Positions 54,308 to 64,000 of a stretch of DNA of 64,000 nucleotides are shown here, piece by piece. The DNA is from Calcarisporiella thermophila CBS 279.70 (Eukaryota > Fungi > Calcarisporiellomycota). Below the pieces are notes generated by a model. It had not been told where the DNA came from, ran no database searches, and worked only from the letters and a program-made list of their open reading frames with translations. The position numbers and the translations under genes were made by a program. Within the stretch, counting starts at the first letter, position 1, and every line of letters starts with the position of its first letter. The DNA lies in contig NW_027192216.1 of the NCBI RefSeq assembly GCF_041956535.1, positions 186,757-250,756 of the forward strand, read 5' to 3'.

Positions 54308-54324
54308 ACGCGTTTGCGACGCGT
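54308..54324. promoter_or_regulatory. Tandem MCB elements (ACGCGT x2)
   Basis: ACGCGT at 54308-54313 and 54319-54324, about 55-75 nt upstream of the orphan ATG. Confidence 0.45.
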
Positions 54325-55068
54325 ATTAAATATGCATTTAATCTCAGCCTGTATGCAACGGCATTTAATTTATGCCCAATAGATTCTATTTACTTTTTTT
54401 TGGAATTCAAATAAAAGAAAGCTGTCAGACTTCGCATCCACCCTCGCCAAGTGCTTGGAAAAAAACACCGGCAAGATCATCAATGAATGGACTATCGGTG
54501 TAGACCAGAAAGGCCCATTCCGCTTCCCTTTACGGGCAGTGCGATGTCACTCATCAACCAGCTTAAACTGTGTGTCTCTGTTGGAAAACAAAGACGAAGG
54601 TTAACAACTGTATACAGATCCTGTAAAGTACAGTCGATAAGAGTCCAAAAGGGGCACGCGCATGGCACTCTTTTATACTTTGAGGAAAGCGGAGGATTAA
54701 TCTAAGGCAGTATGGGACGCGATTTTTTTTTTAATATATTTGATACCCAGAAACTCCACCGTTTTTGTTTTTCTTATCCTTTCACCGAGTCATCGGAATA
54801 CAAATTTGTATCAATTACGCGTATTGTAAAACGGCAGCTTAGTGAAATACAGTTGCTTTTTAACTCGAACCAAACAATAATTATAGATTATAATAGTTTT
54901 AGGATCAGTGTAGCTATAATATAGCTATGCTGACAAGGTTTGGAATCTCTACATAAATATGAATAATAAATCACTTTGTGGCCAGATCATTTTCCCAGTT
55001 TGAACAAGAATATTATACAAACGAGTAAAGATAGACTTATTTCGGGGAATGAAAAGGCAAAGTTAATG

Positions 55069-57016
55069 CTATTCAATAGACCTAGCTTCAGTCTGCTTTC
55101 GAAGAGACTCCTCCGTGTTAAATTTATCTGCCTTGATTTGAGCAGGTGTAGCTCTTGGTATTTCTGATTGGGCTGGTCTTCGGAATCTTGGACCGTTCAA
55201 GAACTCTGAGATTGAAGCAGCAGATAGCTTCCTCTCACGAACCTCGGATCCATTGTCATCCATACCACTGTTCTGCCCTTCTAAAGCAGACATTGAAATA
55301 CGCCGGATACGCTCTTGTTTTAAACATTGTAGGCGCTCCCGTCGCGAAACATCCCGTCGGCCCTCTAAACGACGCTGACGACGAGCCAATGCACCACAAT
55401 ATAGCTCTAGCTCCTCGGGAGTGCTGGCAACAATGTGAGGAACTTCAAGCAGATTATTTACTTGATCAACAGCAACTGATGAAGCACGAAAGATGAGACA
55501 AAAAAATCAAATAAATTCGATAAATAATACTTGACGGCTTACCCATGGTAAAGAATGCGTCATTGGTAAACTGTGTTTTCCCAGTATTTAATTCCTCTAG
55601 AAAAATCAAAAAATGCAGCTTAGCAAATACGAGTTCACGCACTTATAAATAGCATACCTCTTTCGACGGTCACATAAATTTCTATGCTTGATTTGAAAGA
55701 ACGTGAAACCATAGATCGAATAATGACCACATCGCCAACATAGGTCGGACGAATAAACTGCAAAGAGTCAATACTGAAATTATCACAATCTAATATTTTA
55801 GCATATTATTCTAAATATAAATCGAACCCGAGATCTCACCTTGCGGTAAGTAGCCAACTACGCGCATGCCTTACTGCGCTCACATAGCAGCAATTTTCCA
55901 TCCATCGCATAATTTGGCCACCAAATGTAATACCTAAGCTATTCGCATGTGGAGGTAAAACCATTTCCACCATTTCGGCAAAGGATTCCTCCATCAACCT
56001 CTCTTTCGGAACACCTTGACCAACGCTAAATGGATACTCTACATTGGTCAGGAGCGGACTTCGTGGAGGTTTCGTTGCATTATCATTATCTCCCACGCTT
56101 TCATTCAATTCCTCCGCATTCTCAGCAAGTTTAAGAACTTCAACGGATACCCTTGCCTCACTAATATCACTCTTAATAGCAGCTAGAGAATGCTTCCTCA
56201 TCAAATCCCGTAGCCTTTCCATCGCCTCTCGTTTACCTTGACGTTTATCTTCCTCACTCTGCGCCAATCGGGCTTGCCGCCGCTTCTCGGCCGCATCATA
56301 CCGCTGTTGCTCTAAATCACTTGCTGGCAATATTTGCGCAACATACACAGGTATCGCTTGATGCTCTTCGGGGTCTGTTTGCTTTACATTTTTGAGCGCG
56401 ACAAAGGTGAAATATGCATGACAACAATAACGACGTGTCCCATTAATGGGATTTTCGGTTTCAACTCGTACACCCACTTCCATTGATGTACGCCATGCCT
56501 TATTAACGGAAGCTTGGACTAAAACTAGTTCACCCACCTTTATAGGATGGAGAAAATGAACTGCATCGGCGGTTCTTGTAACCTAATTTTTTCAATTATA
56601 AATAAAAGAATTTAAAACTGCTCGCTGTTATGTAATTTACACAAGCGTAACCACTATGTCGCTTGGCTGAAATCCCTGCACAGATGTCTATCCAGCTCAA
56701 AATCACTCCACCATAAGCATACCCACGGGTGTCAGCATGGTTAGGAAGTACAATTTCGGTCATATTTACTCTTCAAACGTAATCAGGTTAACTGCACCAA
56801 CCTGAATGGTATAAAATAAGTTTACCTAGATTGGTACGATGGTCTTATGATAGGCCTCTGCTCCTCCTCGATATGCAACGTATTTCTACTGGACTTTGAG
56901 CCGCCACCCTGAGTGCGATCATTTGTAAGTAATCGCACGTTGCGCAGAAGATTAAAGATGTAATTAAATATATAAATGGCCCAAATACGAAGTTCTTGGA
57001 TTATATGCAGAGGCAT
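55069..57016 (-). CDS. Double hotdog-fold acyl-CoA thioesterase (ACOT7/11/12-like)
   Basis: MTEIVLPNHADTRGYAYGGVILSWIDICAGISA, ASVNKAWRTSMEVGVRV, HAYFTFVA, EMVLPPHANSLGITFGGQIMRWME, F.RPTYVGD, SRSFKSSIEI. Confidence 0.87.
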
Positions 57017-57583
57017 TTTCTCATAAACACGAATGTAATGTTTTCGCGAATTATAAATAAAAATGAAGCATAGAAAAGATATTAAATTTCACAGTTGAGT
57101 CACAAGGCGTTTTCAAAACTTCTCCCGGTTTGTTGGCTTCGATTTGGCTTGAGTATGGAAATAAACTCGGAGTCTCCCCAAAAAAGATGAAATTTCAATA
57201 TTTCGAACACCATTACTATAAAAAACTATTCAGTTATAAAGTATTATCTAGAATCGAGAAAAGACTCTCTAAACCATATCTTTAAACATATTTCCTATAA
57301 AGTTCTTTAAACATTTGGATTCATCTTGATTTAATTTATACCAAGTATTTACCAATAAGACATATTTTTTTCAACAAAAGAATTTTATTTTTATAGCACC
57401 CTGTAGAGTTGAAAGGGAAGGGTAACTTCTATTTCAAAATCACTTGGAAGTTATCACCCAGCTAGTTTGGAATGATTTATAAGTGTGAATAGGGTAAGAT
57501 AGCATGTTAAAAGTTGGTTGGAAGTATATTTGATAATTAAAATTCTTTCCTTTCACATATTAATTATTACGCGAAAGAGCAAT

Positions 57584-57635
57584 AGAACTGAAAATAACCT
57601 ATATTACTATTGTAATATAGGTTATTTTCAGTTCT
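57584..57635. repeat. Perfect 24-bp inverted repeat with 4-nt spacer
   Basis: AGAACTGAAAATAACCTATATTAC-tatt-GTAATATAGGTTATTTTCAGTTCT. Confidence 0.9.
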
Positions 57636-58369
57636 TCTTTCTGAAGATAGTCAGATAAATTCGCGATCCATCATGATTATTGGAGGCTGTTGACTCTTCT
57701 TCTCCAACCTGTGAATTGATTAAATCTAGTAAAGCATAGGTAGTAAAAAGGTCGATTAGAGATATTGGAAGGGTAACTTATTTTCCAATAACTCGGATCA
57801 TAAGAAAATAAGTATTTTTGGGTCAAGCTTGAGTTTCTATTCGAAAAACTTTTAATAGTGTACAACAGTAAAGAGAACGTTTTTTTCGATTTTTGGACGC
57901 GAATTCTTGCGCCCTGTGGTCCATTTAAAATATATTATTCAAGTGAAAAAATTGTGCGTCAGCGCATTCTCTTTTCGTTTTTTACTGTCGCTCACATGGA
58001 TACCATAACCCATATAACACTCTTATGAATAGCAATCTTTCAGGCCACAACAATATTCTCCCAGACTTGCCAGGTGAAGAATTGAAACAAAATTTAACAG
58101 CACATGGTTCCAACTTGAACCGCTAAGACAGCCCCTTCTACGAGGAGAATAATGTAACACAACCAAGCCTCGATCGCCCTCTTGATGCTATGTTTCCCTA
58201 TATGTAATTATTTTGTTTCACAATCTTAATTAACCTCTTCAATTCGGGTCCAACTTATTCTCCATTTAATCCTCGATCTCAGTTATATTGTTCATGGCCT
58301 ACTTATCTCTATTGAATAGGCCTATTTTTTTTTATATTCGGTTCCGAATTCACAACGGTTCCAAAACTG

Positions 58370-58744
58370 CTATATAGCTAGATTTTTCAGCTGATTCAGT
58401 GGGGAGTTGGTTGTGAGAGCTTCATTAAAGAGTTCTAGGAGGAAATGGGCCAGTTCATCTTCGAAAGCACTATAGAACTCAGCTGTCAATCCATCAGGGC
58501 CAGGCGATTTGTTTCGCGGTGCTTTGCGGATCGCTCTTCTTACTTCCTCCTCAGTGATCGGTCGGTCGAGGAGGGTTCGGTGTTCTGGCAATAGAGTGTT
58601 TTCAATGTGGCCTAGGAGTTCTTCTTGATCCGCCGAGGATGTTGGGCTGGCGGAGTATAGTTCTGTGTAGAAGCGGTTTGATAGTATGGCCATTTCACTT
58701 GGGTCCTCAGTATTTGCTCCGTCTGGCTTTTTGAGTGCCGTCAT
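58370..58744 (-). mobile_element. L1/Tx1-clade LINE ORF2 internal fragment (endonuclease-RT linker)
   Basis: FYTELYS...LDRPITEEEVRRAI...NKSPGPDGLTAEFYSAF..EL...L.ELFN. Confidence 0.85.
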
Positions 58745-59124
58745 AGATTTGAAATAAAAGATTAGGTCTTCTGCTAGCTGGACAATGGGTTAAATTCACC
58801 ACGGTCCATAACAAAACTATTACGGGCGAAAGGAGGTTTGTGTGGAGGGGTGTCCGGATCTTGATAAAAATAAGGAATTTATCTTTATAATTCAGGGAAT
58901 TGGTGAGGACAACAAGACAAAATAGATGGGTTTAAATAGGGATGGGAAATCAAGAAAATGACTCGAAATAGATGTTCCCAAGGAAGAACTAAAAGTGCAT
59001 CTTTCCAAAACAAACGATCACAAAGAAACAACAAAAGATCAACAATGCAACCTTAACTTCGGTCATGTGATGTCTTCGGGTGAACCGGCTTACTGTAAAG
59101 ACCACCATCTCACCACCCGAGTAT

Positions 59125-59547
59125 TTTTTTTTTTGATCAATCAACGGAGACTTTTATTAGTTTCCGTAGCTTACAAGAGTTTAATGATTACAATGAAATA
59201 AGAAAAGGGGGGAATAAAGGGTAAATTAGATGTATATAGTGATCGGGTATTTGGTGAAAGGTATGAAGTAAAGAGGAGGGGAGGAGGGGAGGAGGGAAAG
59301 AGCGGATTGGGAGAGAGGAAGGGTTGCTTCGTCACTCCAGTTATAGTCTTGCTCTATCCGAACTTTCTATTACCGCTCCCTGAGTGCACCGCCTTCTTCG
59401 GAATAACTCTATCTCTCGTCTTTTACGTGCCTTTATCAGTTCACCTCCGATAGCCTCCTCGATGTCCATTTTGGAACGGAGGATGATTGTCTCGGGTGAT
59501 GCTCGAGTGCATTCGAAATGGTAGGCGATTCGGTCTCGATGGATTTG
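59125..59547 (-). mobile_element. 5'-truncated LINE family A 3' end
   Basis: Poly(A) tail (T-run 59124-59134); near-identical to 63400-63812; flanked by TCACCACCCGAGTAT at 59110-59124 and 59548-59562. Confidence 0.85.
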
Positions 59548-59562
59548 TCACCACCCGAGTAT

Positions 59563-59895
59563 TTTTTTGTTCAATTAATGGAAACTTTTATTTAATTTCC
59601 ATATATTACATGAAGTTAATGTCAATGGACTTAACATGACGAGATATAGATCCTTGATCGATAGACGTTCAATCGATATGCGTGTATCGTAGTTGTCGTG
59701 AATAGCCTGTACGTGAAACTAATGTAATCGTTGTACTTATCGTAAGGGCGATCTTTTCAATAATCAAGACTCAGCTTCTGATCAAGTGGACAGCAGTCAC
59801 AAACTAAGAGTAAGTGCTGGTGGGGGAGGTGGGATTCGAAACCACGCCGTTCTCATCGGCATCCCAGGGATAGTCCACTACACTAACCCTCCCCC
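59563..59895 (-). mobile_element. tRNA-derived SINE copy 2 (full length)
   Basis: tRNA-like head with A box and B box and ...CCCCCACCA; body shared with the other copies; poly(A) tail; 15-bp TSD at 59548-59562 and 59896-59910. Confidence 0.88.
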
Positions 59896-59979
59896 TCACC
59901 ACCCGAGTATCTAAGTGACTGCTTATGTGACTTTTCCGTACCAAAAGCCAATATCCTCGCAACAAAATGACATATAAGA

Positions 59980-60052
59980 GCTTCGATAGCGCAGTTGGCA
60001 GCGCGTGAGTCTCATAATCTCAAGGTCGTGAGTTCGATCCTCACTCGGAGCA
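59980..60052 (+). tRNA. tRNA-Met(CAT), elongator type; identical to the 37213 copy
   Basis: Same 73-nt sequence; T6 terminator at 60059-60064. Confidence 0.95.
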
Positions 60053-60969
60053 CTAATCTTTTTTGCATTTCATATTTGCTCTAAAATAATATTCAATATT
60101 ATTACCGGCATATTATTTTGCTGACCAAGGATCTATATTTGTAGAGTGCCCTTATTAAATTTAATCAGGTAGGTAGAGTTACATCAAAATTATAGAGATT
60201 TAACACCCCTGGCCAGCATTTGCTTTTTACAGATTATTAATAGAAGGTAAAATCAAGGGTCGTATGCCTTTGTGTAGGTTATATCCAATTGCCGACAGAG
60301 GTAGGAAATAGAAATAGCGGAAAACCCAGACACACGAGTGCATTTATTTATGGTAGATCTACATATAACCTGACAATACTATTAATTACATTCAAGTTAA
60401 TTAAACTATATTTAATCAACAAAATATAGTTTACATTTCTACATGTAAAATACCCACAATATTGCACTAATTCACAAGTCTATCGGATGAAGGTTTTACA
60501 CTCCATTACAAAAATCGCTAAAAATTATCTACCTTATACTTTGTAATTTTAAAGATATATGGATTTTAAATGTATATCTTATCGGATTTTGGACATCAGG
60601 TATGCCACCGGGTATCAGTTTTCAAATGTTAAATGTGTATATACCTTTTTAACATGCGCTGGCATGGATGTACCAGTTCTCATACTGCTACAATGCTGCA
60701 GATTCTAAGTACTTCTTGAAAAACGTGTACCGATTGTGTCTTTGCGGTTTCAAAACGAGAACACTTCGTGAATGGAATATTTACAAATGGTGATAACTCG
60801 TTCAAAGAAAATGCGCCAGCATATTGAACGATGTCTTGGGGATATTTTGGCGTAATTGGATGAGTACTCAAATTTTTATACACCCTAGCTATTGATACAT
60901 GCTCTTGCTAGAATTGAGGCACCAGTATGTTTGATTACAAAGAGTGGTTATGCTAATAGAATCGCCTCG

Positions 60970-61203
60970 GTCAAGTGGAGTAAGGTAGATGAGTAGTAAA
61001 ACTTAACTAGCTGTGATAATATAAGAGAATGACTTGATAAGTGAGATGAGAAGTGAAAAACGAAGAAAAAGAAGGAGTAGAGGTAGGGGCTACTGCTTCA
61101 ATCCAGTTCTATAACCGCTCTATTATCTCCTTCTTTAACCACGCCCAATTTGCACCACCTGCTTCGAAACTGTTCAATTTGTCGCTTTTTTCGGGCTCTT
61201 ATT
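60970..61203 (-). mobile_element. Diverged LINE 3' remnant related to family B
   Basis: Translates as IRARKKRQIEQFRSRWCKLGVVKEGDNRAVIELD* (family B: IRARKNRQIEQFRRRWCKLGAVREG). Its 3' UTR aligns with 62220-62346. Confidence 0.75.
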
Positions 61204-61211
61204 ATCCGCGC

Positions 61212-61527
61212 TTTTTTTCCCTCTAAGGACGCGAGAACTTGCGACCTGCGGTTTATTTAATATATAATACAAATGTGAGGGATCTTCCGAACAAAATTAT
61301 AAGTACTAGAAAACATGAGGATATAATTTAAAGGGTTCCGTGTTTGGAAATGTCGAATTAGGTGTCCTTTGCTTCCTCAAAATCAAAAACTACCTCTTGG
61401 CTGTCATCGATCTGGATTAGCGAGCTCTTCCCCCATTTTAGCTTGAAGCTTTCCTCATCTTTTTTCCTGTGTACCTGTATCCATCGTCCTTTGATTGCTA
61501 TGAGAAGATCTGATAATAAAGTACACA
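61212..61527 (-). mobile_element. Putative 3' end of a further LINE family (C)
   Basis: T-run at 61212-61218, AATAAA on the minus strand, and an ORF end ...IKGRWIQVHRKKDEESFKLKWGKSSLIQID...* with the F-x3-W pattern seen in the A/B C-termini. Confidence 0.5.
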
Positions 61528-61680
61528 TTTTTTTTTTGGTTTTGAGAATCTTTATTAAACAGTATTCTTTTTCGTTAGTAAAGGAAATTGATAGATATCA
61601 AGATATCAGAAAACAAGCAATACACGTAAGAAATAGTAGAGAGGGTGCCTAACTTTCCTATTTTTCAAGGAAAAACACTC
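61528..61680 (-). mobile_element. Putative polyadenylated retroelement 3' UTR fragment (E)
   Basis: T-run at 61528-61537. On the minus strand AATAAA lies inside a short AGAAT/ATTCT hairpin. No ORF. Confidence 0.4.
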
Positions 61681-61697
61681 TTATCCGCGTCAGGTCC

Positions 61698-62042
61698 TTT
61701 TTTGATCATTCAATGGAAATTTTTATTTAATTTCCATATATTACATGAAGTTAATGTCAATGGACTTAACATAACGAGATATAGGTCCTTGATTGATAGA
61801 CGTGCAATCGGTATGCGTGTAGTCGAAAGGCGTGTACTGTTGTTGTCGTGAATAGCACGTACGTGAAATTGATGTAATCAGTGTATTTTTTCGTAGGATC
61901 TTTCCAGTAATAGAGACTCAATATTGATCAAAGTGGACAGCAGTCTCTATTTAATAGTAAGTGCTGGTTGGGGAAGTGGGATTCGAACCCACACCGTTCT
62001 CATCGGCATCCCAGGGATAGTCCACTACACTAACCCTCCCCC
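61698..62042 (-). mobile_element. tRNA-derived SINE copy 3 (more diverged, small internal insertion)
   Basis: Same head, body and tail as copies 2 and 4; no matching TSD on the two sides. Confidence 0.85.
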
Positions 62043-62063
62043 GTTCACCTCCCGAGTATCTAA

Positions 62064-63023
62064 TTTTTTTTTTTGATCAATGCCGAGTCTTTATTGTATA
62101 GGAAGACTCTAAAATACAATTGTTACATATTATAAGCAATGAAGTGAAAGGGAAGCCAAAGTTAAAGCTTTGTGTGATATCGTAGATCGAAATGATATGT
62201 TGGTCATATCGACTTTCAGCTCAAATAGGTAAGGGAATGGTGAAACTCAACTAACTGTGGATATCAAAGGATAACATGAGAGGTGGGGTGGGGAGTAAAC
62301 AAATGGAAGCAGAGGATAGGGAGGGGATAAGGTAGGGGTTACTGCGTTATCCCAGTATCAGTGCCGCTCCGATCGCTCCTTCTCTAACCGCACCCAGCTT
62401 GCACCACCTTCTTCGAAACTGTTCGATTTGCCGGTTTTTTCGTGCTCGGATTAGTTCGGCTCCTATCACTTCCTCAATATCTAGTTTGGCCCGGTTGATG
62501 ATTATTTCGGGTGAGGCTCGGGTGCTTTCGAAATGTAAGGCGATCCGATCTCGGTGGATTTGCCACAACACCGAGTCAAAAGTAAATCGGGCTACGTGTC
62601 TCGCTGTTCTCGTGGATTCCGTGAGGTCTCCTAATATGAGGTTGCGAGTAGTCAGCACCGGAGTATTCTGGGGGCCTGTGATGGTGACGATGCACCTCTC
62701 CGCCCATTGCCATACTGGTGTGAGTTCAGGACATTCGAAGAAAGTATGCCGAATTGTGTCTCTTGAGGCGTTACATCGGGTGCACTTCGGGTCGTGACCA
62801 AGAAATGTCGAGTTAGTGATCACGCGTTCCACAAGAATCCGCCAGCGTAGCGCACGGTGTTTTGGGAGGGTGGGTCGTTTGTGGACGGAAGTCCAGATTT
62901 TCTTCCAATCCTCGGGTGTAGATCCAGCCTCTGGCCAGGATTGAGGCACCAATATGTTCGGCTCTAGAGAGCCGTTGCGCCGGAAGTGACGTCCTTGTCG
63001 GGTGGAGTATTCTACGACAGAAC
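62064..63023 (-). mobile_element. L1/Tx1-clade LINE family B 3' part (zf-RVT / CCHC C-terminus, 3' UTR, poly(A))
   Basis: WKKIWTSV...PKHRALRWRIL..RV.T...C.RC....DTIRHTFFECP....VW; stop at 62347; T-run at 62064-62074. The 5' boundary is uncertain. Confidence 0.87.
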
Positions 63024-63040
63024 TGCCGGATATTAGGGTT

Positions 63041-63379
63041 TTTTTTTTTTTGATCAATCAATGGAAACTTTTTATTTAATTTCCATATATTACATGAAGT
63101 TAATGTCAATGGACTTAACATAACGAGATATAGGTCCTTGGTCGATAGGCGTTCAATCGATATGCGTGTATCGTAGTTGTCGTGAATAGCCTGTACGTGA
63201 AACCGATGTAATCTTTGTACTTATCGTAGGAGGGATCCTTTCAATAATGAAGACTCAATTTCTGAACAAGTGGACAGCAGTTACAAACTAAGAGTAAGTG
63301 CTGGTGGGGGAAGTGGGATTCGAACCCACGCCGTTCTCATCGGCCTACCAGGGATAGTCCACTACACTAACCCTCCCCC
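63041..63379 (-). mobile_element. tRNA-derived SINE copy 4 (full length)
   Basis: Head GGGGGAGGGTTAGTGTAGTGG...GTGGGTTCGAATCCCACTTCCCCCACCA; 17-bp TSD TGCCGGATATTAGGGTT at 63024-63040 and 63380-63396; T-run at 63039-63051. Confidence 0.9.
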
Positions 63380-63399
63380 TGCCGGATATTAGGGTTGAA

Positions 63400-64000
63400 T
63401 TTTTTTTGATCAATCAACGGAGACTTTTATTAGTTTCCGTAGCTTACAAGAGTTTAATGATTACAATGAACTAAGAAAAGGGGGGAATAAAGGGTAAATT
63501 AGATGTATATAGTGATCGGGTATTTGGTGAAAGGTATGAAGTAAAGAGGAGGGGAGGAGGGAAAGAGCGGATTGGGAGAGAGGAAGGGTTGCTTCGTCAC
63601 TCCAGTTATAGTCTTGCTCTATCCGAACTTTCTATTACCGCTCCCTGAGTGCACCGCCTTCTTCGGAATAACTCTATCTCTCGTCTTTTACGTGCCTTTA
63701 TCAGTTCACCTCCGATAGCCTCCTCGATGTCCATTTTGGCACGGAGGATGATTGTCTCGGGTGATGCTCGAATGCATTCGAAATGGTAGGCGATTCGGTC
63801 CCGATGGATTTGCCATGGCACCGAATCGAAGACGATTTGAGCCGCGTGTCTTACTGTCCTCGGGGCTTCTGGTAGGTCGCCAAGTACGAGGTTCCTGGGG
63901 CTCAGCACCTGAGTGTTTAGGGGGCCTGAGATGGTGTTGATACACCTTTCCGTCCAATGCCACACTGACGTGAGTTTGGGACATTTGAAGAAGGTGTGGC
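63400..64000 (-). mobile_element. LINE family A 3' part, running off the window edge
   Basis: HTFFKCP..TSVWHWTERCI...WQIHRDRIA; homologous to the family B protein but with a different 3' UTR; T-run at 63400-63407. Confidence 0.87.

Noticed and set aside
59110-59910. Three 15-bp direct repeats as a CRISPR-like array
   Set aside because: Eukaryotic context, the spacers are 330-420-nt retroelements with poly(A) tails, and there are no cas genes. TSDs explain the repeats.
60650-60700. Minus-strand TGTSMPAHV resembling the subtilisin catalytic-Ser motif
   Set aside because: No other S8 motifs in frame and stops nearby; probably chance
63303-63379. SINE head as a functional tRNA (including tRNA-Sec) or tmRNA
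   Set aside because: There is no 7-nt anticodon loop, the stub differs between copies, and there is no TCA anticodon or Sec-type long acceptor arm. The head is always fused to the same body and poly(A) tail.

Overview
Intron-rich eukaryotic DNA from a fungus, probably an early-diverging (Mucoromycota-like) lineage. That placement is inferred from fungal-type Kch1, Ibp1 and Crz1-like genes together with a retained Rod/KNTC1 kinetochore gene. Positions 1-57 kb hold about 24 protein-coding genes: CCT7, prefoldin 6, Def1-like, Rod, steroid 5-alpha-reductase-like, mL49, a kelch membrane protein, a Crz1-like zinc finger, hexokinase, a bacterial-type ArsC/YfgD, a UDP-galactose transporter, two tandem subtilisins, Apc13, a secreted metallophosphoesterase, actin, CBP20, Ptc7, ERD2, Kch1, Sec1, Ibp1/Ych1, an orphan gene and a hotdog acyl-CoA thioesterase. 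There are also two identical tRNA-Met(CAT) genes and a 649-nt assembly gap. The most interesting signal is a non-LTR retroelement system. A ~330-nt tRNA-derived SINE (4 copies, encoded CCA, poly(A) tail, target-site duplications) and 3' fragments of several L1/Tx1-like LINE families all lie on the minus strand. Insertions sit about 63-69 nt upstream of, and head-to-head with, both tRNA-Met genes, and one 15-bp target was hit twice. The SINE and one LINE family share a covarying 3' hairpin followed by TTGATTGATC(A)n. This looks like a tRNA-gene-targeting LINE/SINE pair, analogous to Dictyostelium TRE5. Exon boundaries were read by eye and no database searches were run.
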